DNA of 64,000 nucleotides from Marispirochaeta sp. (GCA_963676835.2 CAXXFF010000002.1:1-64000); one strand, 5' to 3'; shown: positions 1 through 9,426, counted from the first letter of the stretch. Program-made: numbers and translations. The notes: generated by a model from the letters alone, not told the origin.

Positions 1-825
1 GAGACAGATATCCATTTTGTCGTAGGGCAGACTGAAATAGAACTCTTCCTGGCTCTGGGGCATGGAGTATGTATCTGTTGTGGGAGGTCTGTTCCTGATC
101 TCTTCAGGCAATCCAAGATACTCGGCCAGATCATATACCTGTGATTTATACAGGTGGGCAATGGGTTTAAGATCGGCGGCGCCGTCGCCAAGCTTTACAA
201 AGAACCCCTGGTCATACTCAAGGCGGTTCGGGGTTCCAGCTACAGCATAGTTGAGCCTGTCCGCATGATAGTATTCCAGCATCTTCCGAACCCGCTGCTT
301 GAAATTGGTGGCAGCAAGAATACCAAGATAGGCATCGGTGGTGAGCCGCTTCTTAATCTCTTTCCCCTCGGGAGAAACAGCAACAAGTGAGAAGATTCTC
401 AAACTGTTTCCGGAAAGTACACTGGGCAGTACAATCTTACCTTTCCAGCCCTCTCCATATTCTGGAATAACCTTCCGGAAAGCCTCGTTCTGTTTTTCAT
501 AACAGCCCAGGGACTCCAGAACAGGAGAAATATTAATATATTCAGATTTTATTCCGAGACTGTCAGATACCAGATTACTGAGAGACAAGGTCTCATCAGA
601 CGAATGCCGTTCCGGGAGATGAAGCCCGAATACCTTTTCCGGGCCCAAAGCCTTTACACAGAGAGCAGCCACCGTACTTGAATCTATGCCGCCGGAAAGC
701 GCCACAATTACACCCTGCCGTTTTAATTTAACCGACACCAGTTCCCGGATTCTTTCAGCTATTCTATCTGCTTCCGCCGCCAGATCCAGAGACAGGCCCT
801 TAAATACTTCGCTGTATTTCGCCAT
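1..825 (-). CDS. nadE: NH3-dependent NAD+ synthetase-like protein (NadE family), runs off left edge
   Basis: Not in ORF track. Manual translation from ATG at 825: MAKYSEVFKG...VIVALSGGIDSS (PP-loop)...AATNFKQRVRKMLEYYHADRLNYAVAGTPNRLEYDQGFFVKLGDGAAD...PTTDTYS; no stop before base 1. Confidence 0.85.
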   Translation of the reverse strand, partial: MAKYSEVFKGLSLDLAAEADRIAERIRELVSVKLKRQGVIVALSGGIDSSTVAALCVKALGPEKVFGLHLPERHSSDETLSLSNLVSDSLGIKSEYINISPVLESLGCYEKQNEAFRKVIPEYGEGWKGKIVLPSVLSGNSLRIFSLVAVSPEGKEIKKRLTTDAYLGILAATNFKQRVRKMLEYYHADRLNYAVAGTPNRLEYDQGFFVKLGDGAADLKPIAHLYKSQVYDLAEYLGLPEEIRNRPPTTDTYSMPQSQEEFYFSLPYDKMDICL

Positions 826-827
826 AT

Positions 828-1103
828 CTAGGCACCCGCTGCAGTTTTCCTGGAGACATATGCAGCCACATTGTCCAGGGAATCAAGGTTCTCCGGAACC
901 AGCTCACTGTCTTCTACCGAAACTCCGTACTGTTCTTCCAGAAAATCTATAAGCTCCAGGATCCCAGTAGAGTCTATTATTCCCTTTTCAAGAAATGAAT
1001 CACCATCTTCAAAACTGGTTTCCGTATTGCCGAAGAGGAAATTATTTACCACAAACTCCCGAACCTGACTCTTAATATCAACCGAATTCTCAACAATACT
1101 CAT
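828..1103 (-). CDS. Acyl carrier protein
   Basis: GIIDSTGILELIDFLEEQYGV with phosphopantetheine Ser; AAGGAGG RBS before ATG at 1103. Confidence 0.9.
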   Translation of the reverse strand: MSIVENSVDIKSQVREFVVNNFLFGNTETSFEDGDSFLEKGIIDSTGILELIDFLEEQYGVSVEDSELVPENLDSLDNVAAYVSRKTAAGA

Positions 1104-1136
1104 ACTCACCTCCTTACTGACTGTTTCCAATACTAT

Positions 1137-2285
1137 TTATGTATATGCCTGTTTACCGCGGGCGATTTTATTTCCCACCTTTTCAAACACCATTGCGAAA
1201 ATTGCAGGAAAGGTCATTAAGATAATTCGCAAATCGAAAAAGAGAGACATCTTTCTGGAATAGAGAATATCCAGAGCAATCATCTCACGAAAGGAAAGGC
1301 TGTTTTTACCACTAACCTGCCAAAGCCCTGTCATACCGGGAACAATATCAAAGCGGTGAGTATGCCAGCGAAGATACTCTTCCGCCTCATAGGGAATACA
1401 GGGACGTGGCCCGACCAGGCTCATTTCACCTTTAAGAACATTAATCAGCTGGGGAAGCTCATCGATACAGGTTTTTCTTAAGAATTTTCCACCGGGGATA
1501 ATCCGGGGGTCACCTGCATCAAGTTTAACCATTGGCACATCACTGTTATTAATAAATGCTGTGGCATGGTTGGCGTGGAAGGACTCATTGTTTTCAGCGT
1601 GCATGGAGCGAAACTTCAGAAAGGTAAAACACTTACCATTCAGCCCCACCCGCTGGGATTTATAAAATACCGGGCCGGGTGATACCCGCTTGATATGGAG
1701 CATAACCAGTGCAAAAAGAGGGAACAGCAGCGTGAGACCAAAAACAGCACCTGTTATATCCAGAACTCTTTTCCAGAACGGCATACCTTTACTGAAACGG
1801 TTCAGCAGCTGCTTTTCCACATGCAGCTTATTCTTCTGATAAATCTTTTCATCGCAGGTTGCAGCATCCTCTTCACAGGAGGGGGTTACATTCGGATAAC
1901 GCACAACCTCACTAACATACTGGGGTCGCGTACCATTAGGATGCTCAACCTCAACCAGTGAGCGGATTTTCTTCTCAAACAGTTCAGCACTTTCTCTGTC
2001 TGTTGAAGTCAAAATCGCACAAACCGTTGTATCGTCATACCAGCCAAGGTGATCAATAAGGCGGGTACCTTTTTTCAGAACCGCCGCAAGCCGCTGAATC
2101 GCAACCAGTCCGCCTTCGCAGCGGAAGAGAACAAGGCAGAAAACGCCTCCTTCCCGGTCCGCGCGGCTGCGCTCATACTGCAGAATGCCCTTTACTGTCT
2201 GGGCCGAATAAATACCGAACTTTCCGTCTTTTCCCTGTCCTCCTAAAAAGGAAGGTGTCCAGACTGCTTTCACTTTTCTTCTCAT
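1137..2285 (-). CDS. Priming sugar (phosphoglycosyl) transferase with N-terminal degenerate GGDEF-like domain
   Basis: Bac_transf motifs KRVLDI, KFRSM, DELPQLINVLKGEMSLVGPRP, PGMTGLWQVSG. N-terminus ERSRADR...RLIDHLGWYDD resembles a GGDEF fold. Confidence 0.9.
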   Translation of the reverse strand: MRRKVKAVWTPSFLGGQGKDGKFGIYSAQTVKGILQYERSRADREGGVFCLVLFRCEGGLVAIQRLAAVLKKGTRLIDHLGWYDDTTVCAILTSTDRESAELFEKKIRSLVEVEHPNGTRPQYVSEVVRYPNVTPSCEEDAATCDEKIYQKNKLHVEKQLLNRFSKGMPFWKRVLDITGAVFGLTLLFPLFALVMLHIKRVSPGPVFYKSQRVGLNGKCFTFLKFRSMHAENNESFHANHATAFINNSDVPMVKLDAGDPRIIPGGKFLRKTCIDELPQLINVLKGEMSLVGPRPCIPYEAEEYLRWHTHRFDIVPGMTGLWQVSGKNSLSFREMIALDILYSRKMSLFFDLRIILMTFPAIFAMVFEKVGNKIARGKQAYT

Positions 2286-2322
2286 AATCCCTTACTCCGT
2301 AAAAATACCTGACCAACCAGTA

Positions 2323-2670
2323 CTAATCGCTACAACTGTTATTACCGCCGTCATGAGGCAGTATCTGGTAACGCTTATCGAAACTTATGCCTATTCCGTC
2401 TTTAGCATGCCGAACCACCTGGCCGCTAACTTCAACTTTGACGGTTTCATCCAGTTCAAAGAATTCCTTGAGCTTGTTTATAGAAAGGTAAAGCTCAACC
2501 TGGACCTTCTGTCCAATTTCAAGAGGGCTGTCCATAGCAATAAAGGTGCCCCTGGAAGAGACATCTTTGGTGTAAGTCTGGAAAACAACATTTTCAGCTG
2601 CCTTGTCGAGAACCGCGATCTTAGCAGGCACCGACATACTGTAACGCTCAATACACCTTTTTTCGTCCAT
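2323..2670 (-). CDS. PilZ domain protein
   Basis: RxxxR (RCIER) and DxSxxG (DVSSRG) motifs; GQVVR...GIGISF. Confidence 0.85.
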   Translation of the reverse strand: MDEKRCIERYSMSVPAKIAVLDKAAENVVFQTYTKDVSSRGTFIAMDSPLEIGQKVQVELYLSINKLKEFFELDETVKVEVSGQVVRHAKDGIGISFDKRYQILPHDGGNNSCSD

Positions 2671-2822
2671 ATCCTTTTCCTATTTTTCCTGAGAGTATGA
2701 TGCACCTTTTGCATAGTAAAGCAAATAATGCAGGAACATGATTTTTCATTTCTAACAAAGTATTAGTTTTATACCAACGAAGGACTAGACACGTTTACTG
2801 ATTCAACACTTTCTTCCTAATA

Positions 2823-3506
2823 CTACAGATGCCGGGCAGCCCAGAGAGCCGCCTGAAGTCTGTTGGAAACATCAATTTTCTTAAATATGTTATACATATG
2901 GGTCTTAACCGTATTAAGACTTATGCAAAGGCGATCGCTAATATCTTCATTACTTACCCCGACACTTACCAGAGATAGAATCTGCTGCTCCCGTTGAGTA
3001 AGCTCTACCGAATTTTTCTGTGTCTCCTGGGGAATCTCACCAGTGGAATTCATGACAAAATCAAGCAGAATCTGTCGGCTTATCCATATCTCGCCGGAAA
3101 AAATGGACTGAATTCCTTTAAGAAATATATCCATTTTGTCGTGAACATAAAAAAAGCCCCTGACTTTCTTCGAAAGAGCCTTAATTTCGTCTTCCGAATA
3201 TGCAGCGAGGTTATAAAAAGCGACCTTATTATCTCCAACCAGGGGATTGGCCATACAGTATTGAGTCGCTGAGTCAATATCCCTGTCGGTGCAGTCCAGA
3301 AGGAACAGGAAGTTGTACTCAGATGGGTCTTTACTTTCTCCCTTAAAATCAAAGTGCTCGGGAAACATATGCAGGGGGTGAGCATAAATGGAACAGGGAA
3401 TACCGACCTCTTTCTCGATGGAATAGACAAGCGACTGATTCCCGAGGTTATCCGCGCTTAAAAATACTATTTTTTTATCCCGTGTATCATCCATTGCTGC
3501 CTGCAC
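2823..3506 (-). CDS. LuxR-family transcription factor, CsgD/VpsT-like
   Basis: C-terminal LTQREQQIL...SNEDISDRLCISLNTVKTHMYNIFKKIDVSNRLQAALWA; atypical receiver-like N-terminus; GEIWISR motif. Confidence 0.85.
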   Translation of the reverse strand: MQAAMDDTRDKKIVFLSADNLGNQSLVYSIEKEVGIPCSIYAHPLHMFPEHFDFKGESKDPSEYNFLFLLDCTDRDIDSATQYCMANPLVGDNKVAFYNLAAYSEDEIKALSKKVRGFFYVHDKMDIFLKGIQSIFSGEIWISRQILLDFVMNSTGEIPQETQKNSVELTQREQQILSLVSVGVSNEDISDRLCISLNTVKTHMYNIFKKIDVSNRLQAALWAARHL

Positions 3507-3678
3507 CTGATTTAAACTTACAGTAGTATATAACGACTAATAAAAAAGTGCTACCCCATTTTGACCGCAGTTCCGGTATTTACCGTCGCCGAGGTCGATT
3601 TAATTGATGGAATTCTTGCAGGATGAACACCAGGACAGTATATTGTCCTAACGGAAGAACATCGGTAAGGGAAAAAAC

Positions 3679-3891
3679 ATGATAGAAGATGAGTATATTC
3701 AGCAAAAGCTCAACGAGTTAAAAAGTAAAACAGTAATGCTGGGCCGTTCCGGGGATAACTATTTGGAGAAAACCCTGTATCTGGAATCAGTTTTTGACAT
3801 AACCCTAACTGATAATGAAATTCTCAGCCTCCGGGATTTACCAGACAGCAGCCTCGTGTATCTTATCAGGCACAAGCTGGGAGAAAATTGA
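3679..3891 (+). CDS. Small ACP-like protein lacking the canonical DS serine
   Basis: GDNYLEKTLYLESVFDITLTDNEI resembles ACP helix 2-3; AAGGG RBS; stop lies 1 nt before asnB ATG. Confidence 0.55.
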   Translation: MIEDEYIQQKLNELKSKTVMLGRSGDNYLEKTLYLESVFDITLTDNEILSLRDLPDSSLVYLIRHKLGEN

Positions 3892-3892
3892 T

Positions 3893-5815
3893 ATGTGTGG
3901 AATTTGCGGAATGTTTGACCCATCCGGTACGGAACAGCATCGAAGACTGGTAAAAAAAATGACTAATGCCCTTGCTCACAGAGGACCAGACGGACAAGGG
4001 GTTCATATCGAAGGACCTATAGCGCTGGGACATGCACGGCTTGCCATTGTAGACCTTGTTACGGGAGACCAGCCCTTGTGCAATGAAGACGGTACATTAT
4101 GGATCAGTTTTAACGGGGAGGTATTCAATTATCAGGAACTTCGGGAAGACCTTCAGGCAAAAGGGCATATTTTCCGTACCAACGGCGATACCGAAACGAT
4201 TGTACACGGATACGAAGAATATGGATCAGAGATTTTCAGGAAAATGAACGGTCAATGGGCGGTTGCTCTCTGGAATTCAAAGAAAGGGGAACTGCTTCTT
4301 TGCCGGGACCGGACAGGCATCTGTCCACTGTACTACGCAAGAGAAGGCCGGAGGCTGCTTTTTGCATCGGAAATAAAATCTCTTTTTGTTCATCCGGAGC
4401 TTTCCCGTGAGTTTGACCCCGCCGGATTGGCGGAAACCTTCACATTCTGGTCAAATGTTGCCCCCCGGACGGTATTTAAAAGTATCCAGGAAGTTGCGCC
4501 TGGAACGTTTCTCCGCATAAAGGATAATTCTATCGAGACTGAAGAATACTGGGATTATCAATATGAGCCTCCCCAATATCTCTACAGGGAGACAATAACA
4601 GACAAAGCGGAGCAGTTAAGCGACATACTCACCCGGGCAACCAGACTTCGCTTTACCCGAAGCGACGTACCTGTCGCAGCGTATCTGTCCGGCGGGATTG
4701 ACTCTTCAGTAACCACAGCCATAATCCGTCGTGTTACAGATGCAGAGATAAAAACGTTCAGTCTTCGCTTTTCAGATAATGAATTTGACGAAGGATCATA
4801 TCAGAACGAGATGGTGAAACGCCTCGGCACAGATCACAATGTCCTGACAGTAAGCTATAAGGATATTGCAAAAGTATTTCCCAAGGTCATTGAGCATACC
4901 GAAAAACCAGTATTACGTACCGCCCCGGCTCCAATGTTTCTACTGTCCCGAATGGTCAAGGAGCAGGGATACAAAGTTGTTGTAACCGGAGAAGGTTCCG
5001 ATGAAATGCTCGGCGGTTATGATATTTACAGAGAAGCCCTGGTCAGAAATTTTATCGGACGAAACCCTGATTCTTCTGTACGGGCAGATATTACAAAGGA
5101 TTTATACCCATGGCTTAAAAGAAATCCGGCGGATGCCCCGGCTTTTGCTCGCTCTTTTTTCAGTCAGGGCATCGACCTCCAGGACCCTGCCATATCGCAT
5201 CGTCCCCGTTGGAATACAGCAGGCAGGATTCAGCGGATGTTCAACATGGAGATGGTAGAGCAACTCTCCGGGTTTCATCCAGATATAGAGCTTCTGGATC
5301 GAATGCCTGCTGCAGCAAACCGCTGGCACCCCCTTGCCCGGGCCCAATGGCTGGAATGCAAAACACTGCTCCCCGGGTACCTTCTTACCTCACAGGGAGA
5401 CCGGATGCTGATGGCCAACGGAGTTGAAGGACGCTTCCCTTTTCTGGACCCGGAATTGATCGACTTCAGCGTCGACCTTGATCCTTCATATAAGATTATG
5501 GGATTGGAGGAAAAATACCTGATCAAATACGCATTCAGGGATATTCTGCCAGAGAGCATTCTCAAACGACCCAAACAACCCTACCGCGCCCCTGATGCAG
5601 GAAGTTTCTTTGGTGAACCTGTAGAATGGATAGATGAGGTAACCAGTCCGGGCGCCGTCAAAGACGCAGGAGTGTTTAATCCGGCAGCAGTGCAGGCACT
5701 TGTTGGCAAATGCAGAAAAAAACAGGGCAAGGGAATGAGCAATTTTGATAATATGGCTATTACCGCAGTGCTCTCTACCCAGCTGCTTCACCGGCAGACA
5801 GGGAGGTCTTCATAA
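3893..5815 (+). CDS. asnB: Asparagine synthase (glutamine-hydrolysing) family amidotransferase
   Basis: Starts MCGICG (Ntn Cys); HRGPD, FNGEVFN, LSGGIDSS, TGEGSDE, RFPFLD. Confidence 0.93.
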   Translation: MCGICGMFDPSGTEQHRRLVKKMTNALAHRGPDGQGVHIEGPIALGHARLAIVDLVTGDQPLCNEDGTLWISFNGEVFNYQELREDLQAKGHIFRTNGDTETIVHGYEEYGSEIFRKMNGQWAVALWNSKKGELLLCRDRTGICPLYYAREGRRLLFASEIKSLFVHPELSREFDPAGLAETFTFWSNVAPRTVFKSIQEVAPGTFLRIKDNSIETEEYWDYQYEPPQYLYRETITDKAEQLSDILTRATRLRFTRSDVPVAAYLSGGIDSSVTTAIIRRVTDAEIKTFSLRFSDNEFDEGSYQNEMVKRLGTDHNVLTVSYKDIAKVFPKVIEHTEKPVLRTAPAPMFLLSRMVKEQGYKVVVTGEGSDEMLGGYDIYREALVRNFIGRNPDSSVRADITKDLYPWLKRNPADAPAFARSFFSQGIDLQDPAISHRPRWNTAGRIQRMFNMEMVEQLSGFHPDIELLDRMPAAANRWHPLARAQWLECKTLLPGYLLTSQGDRMLMANGVEGRFPFLDPELIDFSVDLDPSYKIMGLEEKYLIKYAFRDILPESILKRPKQPYRAPDAGSFFGEPVEWIDEVTSPGAVKDAGVFNPAAVQALVGKCRKKQGKGMSNFDNMAITAVLSTQLLHRQTGRSS

Positions 5816-7307
5816 TCTTCCCGGAACTGTTCTTGGGAAGGGAGTCACGAAACTCAATCTCTTTTGGCAGCTTATGTGCACTTAGAAGAGGCTGAAGATA
5901 AGCCAGTACAGTTTTTCGTGTAATCGCCGTATCCTCTCTGCAGACCAGAAATGCCTTTACGGCCTCTCCCAGTATTTCATCCGGGATGGCAATAACCGCT
6001 GCTTCAATGACACCATCAAGGCCGAGAAGTTTCTCCTCAATTTCTTTAGCACTGACCCGGAACCCTTTAACTTTTATTACGTCTTTTTTTCTACCCACTA
6101 TAAAGAAGTATCCATCATCATCCTGTTTTCCAAGATCGCCGGTTAAGTAAACCCCATTCTTCAGTACCTGTTGAGTACCTTCAGGATCTTTCCAGTAGCC
6201 CATCATTATGTTTGGACCTCTGGCGGCAATTTCACCTTCTTCCCCCTGAGGGAGACGATTTCCATCTTCATCTATGACAAACATCTCAACATTCGGCACT
6301 GGGGTCCCGATTGAACCCAGTTTTTCCTTAAGCATAGACGGTTCGAGATAAGAAAGACGTGGGGCGGCTTCTGTGGCCCCATACATGACATAAAGAACAG
6401 CTGGATCAAAAGCCCGGGCAACCTGAGTCTGTACGGTCTCCGCCATATGTCCACCAGCCTGCGTAACATACCGGAGCTTCGGAAAGGAGTATTCTTTCAG
6501 AGCTGATCGGTTGAGCAGTATTGAAAAAGAAGAGGGAACCCCGGCAAAACCGGTGACATCCATGGATGCCATGGTTTCCAATACCTTATTAGGAAAGACA
6601 AACCGGTTATCAACAACCAGGGATGCCCCAACAAGAACATGGGTAAGGAGCAGGGATTTTCCATAAATATAGGTAAAAGGAAGCACCACCATCATTCTGT
6701 CTTTCCGGGTCATGTGCAGATACGCCGCAATCGATTTCATGTTACTCACCAGATTCAGATGGCTGAGCATAACCCCCTTGGGGACTCCCGTACTTCCAGA
6801 AGTATAGACGATTTCCGCCAGGTCAAGATCAATTGCTGAACAGGGGAAATCGGTATCACTGTATGAGCCGGAAAGAACAGATTCCAGAGATATAGACACA
6901 CCTGCTTCTTCAGTGGAACTACCGCAGAGAATAATCTCATTCAGAAAATTCAGGGCATCCCCGACAGCAGCCAGAATCCGAAACCGGCTTTCACCGACAA
7001 AAAGAAATCTGGACTCAGAATTTTCTGTCAGATATTTGAGATCATCAGAAGTAACCTCTGTGTTAATACCGACAACAACACCCCCGGCTTTCAAAATACC
7101 AAAATAGATTATTACAAAATCAATGGAGTTTTCGAGAAATATGGCAACCCGTTCACCCTTCTTAAGCCCTGAAGAAATGAGATAATTTGCGACCTTATTT
7201 GCCTGTTTATTAAGTTCTTCAAAGGTGATCCAAACATCTTTATACCAGACAGCATTAGCTGCAGGAAAGTTTTGCGCGCTTTTCTCTAACAAATCTGATA
7301 TCAGCAT
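5775..7307 (-). CDS. AMP-binding acyl-CoA/acyl-ACP ligase
   Basis: YTSGSTGVPKG, YGATE, TGDLG, GRKKD, PKNSSGKI adenylation motifs. Confidence 0.92.
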   Translation of the reverse strand: MLISDLLEKSAQNFPAANAVWYKDVWITFEELNKQANKVANYLISSGLKKGERVAIFLENSIDFVIIYFGILKAGGVVVGINTEVTSDDLKYLTENSESRFLFVGESRFRILAAVGDALNFLNEIILCGSSTEEAGVSISLESVLSGSYSDTDFPCSAIDLDLAEIVYTSGSTGVPKGVMLSHLNLVSNMKSIAAYLHMTRKDRMMVVLPFTYIYGKSLLLTHVLVGASLVVDNRFVFPNKVLETMASMDVTGFAGVPSSFSILLNRSALKEYSFPKLRYVTQAGGHMAETVQTQVARAFDPAVLYVMYGATEAAPRLSYLEPSMLKEKLGSIGTPVPNVEMFVIDEDGNRLPQGEEGEIAARGPNIMMGYWKDPEGTQQVLKNGVYLTGDLGKQDDDGYFFIVGRKKDVIKVKGFRVSAKEIEEKLLGLDGVIEAAVIAIPDEILGEAVKAFLVCREDTAITRKTVLAYLQPLLSAHKLPKEIEFRDSLPKNSSGKIMKTSLSAGEAAG

Positions 7308-7759
7308 TATTCACTCCTTTTTTCCGGCCTGACAGTAACTGCGGTGCTGAATGCATATTCACTGCAGTGTGAGATAGAGACATAAATCTCCAGAATAGGG
7401 TACGTAAGATCAGATACTACACTTTCTGCAAGACATACCTCCGGCGGGCCCTTCCCGGAGGATATTATTTCGATTTCTTTCCATGAGAAAGCTCTGTTCC
7501 AACGTAAAGAGAGCGCCTTATACACCGCCTCTTTAGCAGCCCACTTTCCGGCAAAGTGTATCTCCGGTTTTTGTCTACTTAAACAGTCACCGATCTCTCT
7601 TTCCGTAAAGCAACGGCTCTTAAAGCCGTTGGAACTTCGTTTTAACATAGACTCAATTCTTCTGATTGAAACGACATCATTCCCGACAGAGGAAACACAT
7701 CCTGCTATCCCTGGTAAAATTTTCGGAAAAGGCAGCTTAAGGGAGACAATGAAATGCAT
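7307..7759 (-). CDS. acpS: Holo-ACP synthase (phosphopantetheinyl transferase); start uncertain
   Basis: VGNDVV, FAGKWAAKEAVYKAL, VSISHC. Confidence 0.85.
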   Translation of the reverse strand: MHFIVSLKLPFPKILPGIAGCVSSVGNDVVSIRRIESMLKRSSNGFKSRCFTEREIGDCLSRQKPEIHFAGKWAAKEAVYKALSLRWNRAFSWKEIEIISSGKGPPEVCLAESVVSDLTYPILEIYVSISHCSEYAFSTAVTVRPEKRSE

Positions 7760-7933
7760 TAGTATTTTTATAAACACGTTCTTTAAATTATAAGGGATCT
7801 GGAATAGCAGGTAAACAGAAAAGTGAAGCTGTCTTTTCACACTTTTCCTGCATTTGCTTCATATCTCCTTCATATATCGGCGCTAATCTCTATAACAGAT
7901 ACAGAAAAACAACCACCAGATATGGAGGATGGT

Positions 7934-8428
7934 ATGAAACGATTTACAGTTGTTCTTTTATTGACTTTGGTAACAGCAGGAGCAATGTTTGCAAACGGCG
8001 CACAGGAGAACCAGGCACCGGCGGCACAGCCAGGACAAGGTCCCGGCGCAGGCCCCGGACAGGGAATGGGCCCCGGACAGGCACCACCCCCTCCCACGGA
8101 AGAGACAGTGAGCCTTACCGGTACGGTAAAAGTATCCGTATTTCCCCCGGTACTAATTGCCGACGGCGTTGAGTACAAGATAATGGTACCCCCATGGGCA
8201 GCATCAAACATCAGCATTAAAGATGGTCAGGAAATTACCCTTGAGGGTTTTCTGCATAACGGTCACTTCGGACGTTATGCTGCTGAGACAGCTGAGGAAA
8301 ATGTGCTTATGGTAACCAAAGCCATTATCGACGGAGAAGAGTACGTTCTCGACATGCCCGGCCCTTATGATGATCATCACGGCGGCCGCGGCGATATGAT
8401 GGCGGGCCGCCCGAAAGGACGCCGTTAG
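7934..8428 (+). CDS. Exported protein with G/P/Q-rich linker and probable small OB-fold-like domain
   Basis: GGAGG RBS; signal peptide MKRFTVVLLLTLVTAGAMFANG; beta-rich domain; followed by a terminator. Confidence 0.7.
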   Translation: MKRFTVVLLLTLVTAGAMFANGAQENQAPAAQPGQGPGAGPGQGMGPGQAPPPPTEETVSLTGTVKVSVFPPVLIADGVEYKIMVPPWAASNISIKDGQEITLEGFLHNGHFGRYAAETAEENVLMVTKAIIDGEEYVLDMPGPYDDHHGGRGDMMAGRPKGRR

Positions 8429-8500
8429 GTTTCTACATTTTCGATTAAAAAGAGCAGTGACAAACAGAAACAGCATTGCCTTTGCATATTCCATCGTGCT

Positions 8501-8540
8501 GCAGCCTTCCGGGCCTCCCCCCGGAGGGCTGCTTTTATTT
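8501..8540 (+). terminator. Rho-independent terminator
   Basis: GCAGCCTTCCGG...CCGGAGGGCTGC hairpin followed by TTTTATTT. Confidence 0.75.
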
Positions 8541-8608
8541 GGATATCCCTCAAAAATCGCATCTCCGCTTTTGCTCTTTTAAAGCTTGTGGACTACACTT
8601 AACCTCAG

Positions 8609-9358
8609 ATGACTGAATTATTGCGCAGAATTGAAAATATACTGGAAGCCCGGCCGGCGCTGAAACTTCCCGGTCCGGTAACCCGCCGTTTTGACCGGCA
8701 CAGCAGAGCAAACCTTAATCCCTTTATCTTCATGGAAGATTATCACTACCGGGGCACCGGCGTTCCCGCCCGTAGTCTGCCCCTGGAACTGAACAGCGGA
8801 ACCGATACGGTAACCTACCTCATGTACGGAAGTATGGCCTGCTCAGAAGGCGGGCACGATACAGGAGTTCTCAATGCAGGGAGCTGCCGCTGGATGGAGA
8901 ATATGCCCTATGGCTTCTCCCAGGAGTCTCCTGCAAGCAGGGGGGAATACTGGTCGGTTCACTTTTCTTATTATACCGATCATCTCGAAAAACAGGGACA
9001 TCCCCGGATTATGACCATTACCCAGGATGACATCCCTGTTCACCGCGGAGAAGACGGCATCATCACACGGATAATTGCCGGAGAGTTTGAAGGAATACAG
9101 GGGCCCGGGGGACGGGTTCCCGAGGAATGCCTCTTTCTCGACATCAGCATCCCGCCTTTGACTCCCCTCCAGCTCGAAGTGCCTGAAGAATACCGGGTAC
9201 TGGCAGCCTGCATGGAAGGCCATGAGCTGCACGATATGACTGAAGGCATCAAGATAGAAGAAGGATCTACCCTGCTCTACTCCATGGGCTCCCGGATAGT
9301 CTTGAATACCGGTTCGGATGAGGCGCGGATATTAGTGTTAGGGGCGCGGCCGCGGTAG
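8609..9358 (+). CDS. Pirin-like bicupin protein (metal ligands degenerate)
   Basis: LNPFIFMEDY, DTVTYLMYG, RIIAGEFEGIQGP, FLDI match pirin layout; HPHRG motif absent. Confidence 0.7.
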   Translation: MTELLRRIENILEARPALKLPGPVTRRFDRHSRANLNPFIFMEDYHYRGTGVPARSLPLELNSGTDTVTYLMYGSMACSEGGHDTGVLNAGSCRWMENMPYGFSQESPASRGEYWSVHFSYYTDHLEKQGHPRIMTITQDDIPVHRGEDGIITRIIAGEFEGIQGPGGRVPEECLFLDISIPPLTPLQLEVPEEYRVLAACMEGHELHDMTEGIKIEEGSTLLYSMGSRIVLNTGSDEARILVLGARPR

Positions 9359-9381
9359 GGTGGTTGTGCGAAGTCGAAAAC
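9359..9381 (+). repeat. REP-like motif, left copy flanking TA module
   Basis: GGTGGTTGTGCGAAGTCGAAAAC; 20/23 identical to 10104-10126. Confidence 0.55.
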
Positions 9382-9391
9382 ACACATTTTC

Positions 9392-9420
9392 CTTGACAAC
9401 TTGTCAAGTTGGTGTAAATT
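9392..9420 (+). promoter_or_regulatory. TA promoter with operator palindrome over the -35
   Basis: Perfect IR CTTGACAA-C-TTGTCAAG (9392-9408) containing TTGACA; TAAATT at 9415-9420. Confidence 0.7.
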
Positions 9421-9426
9421 TAACGT

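Noticed and set aside
62..952. Short plus-strand ORFs at the window start
   Set aside because: Antisense to the nadE-like and ACP genes.
3893..5815. AsnB as the lasso cyclase for the peptide at 20051
   Set aside because: It has a full MCGICG glutaminase domain, sits in the ACP/NadE cassette 14 kb away, and no B1/B2 genes are present.
8020..8085. GGCCCCGGACAGG repeats
   Set aside because: Encode the low-complexity G/P/Q linker of an exported protein.
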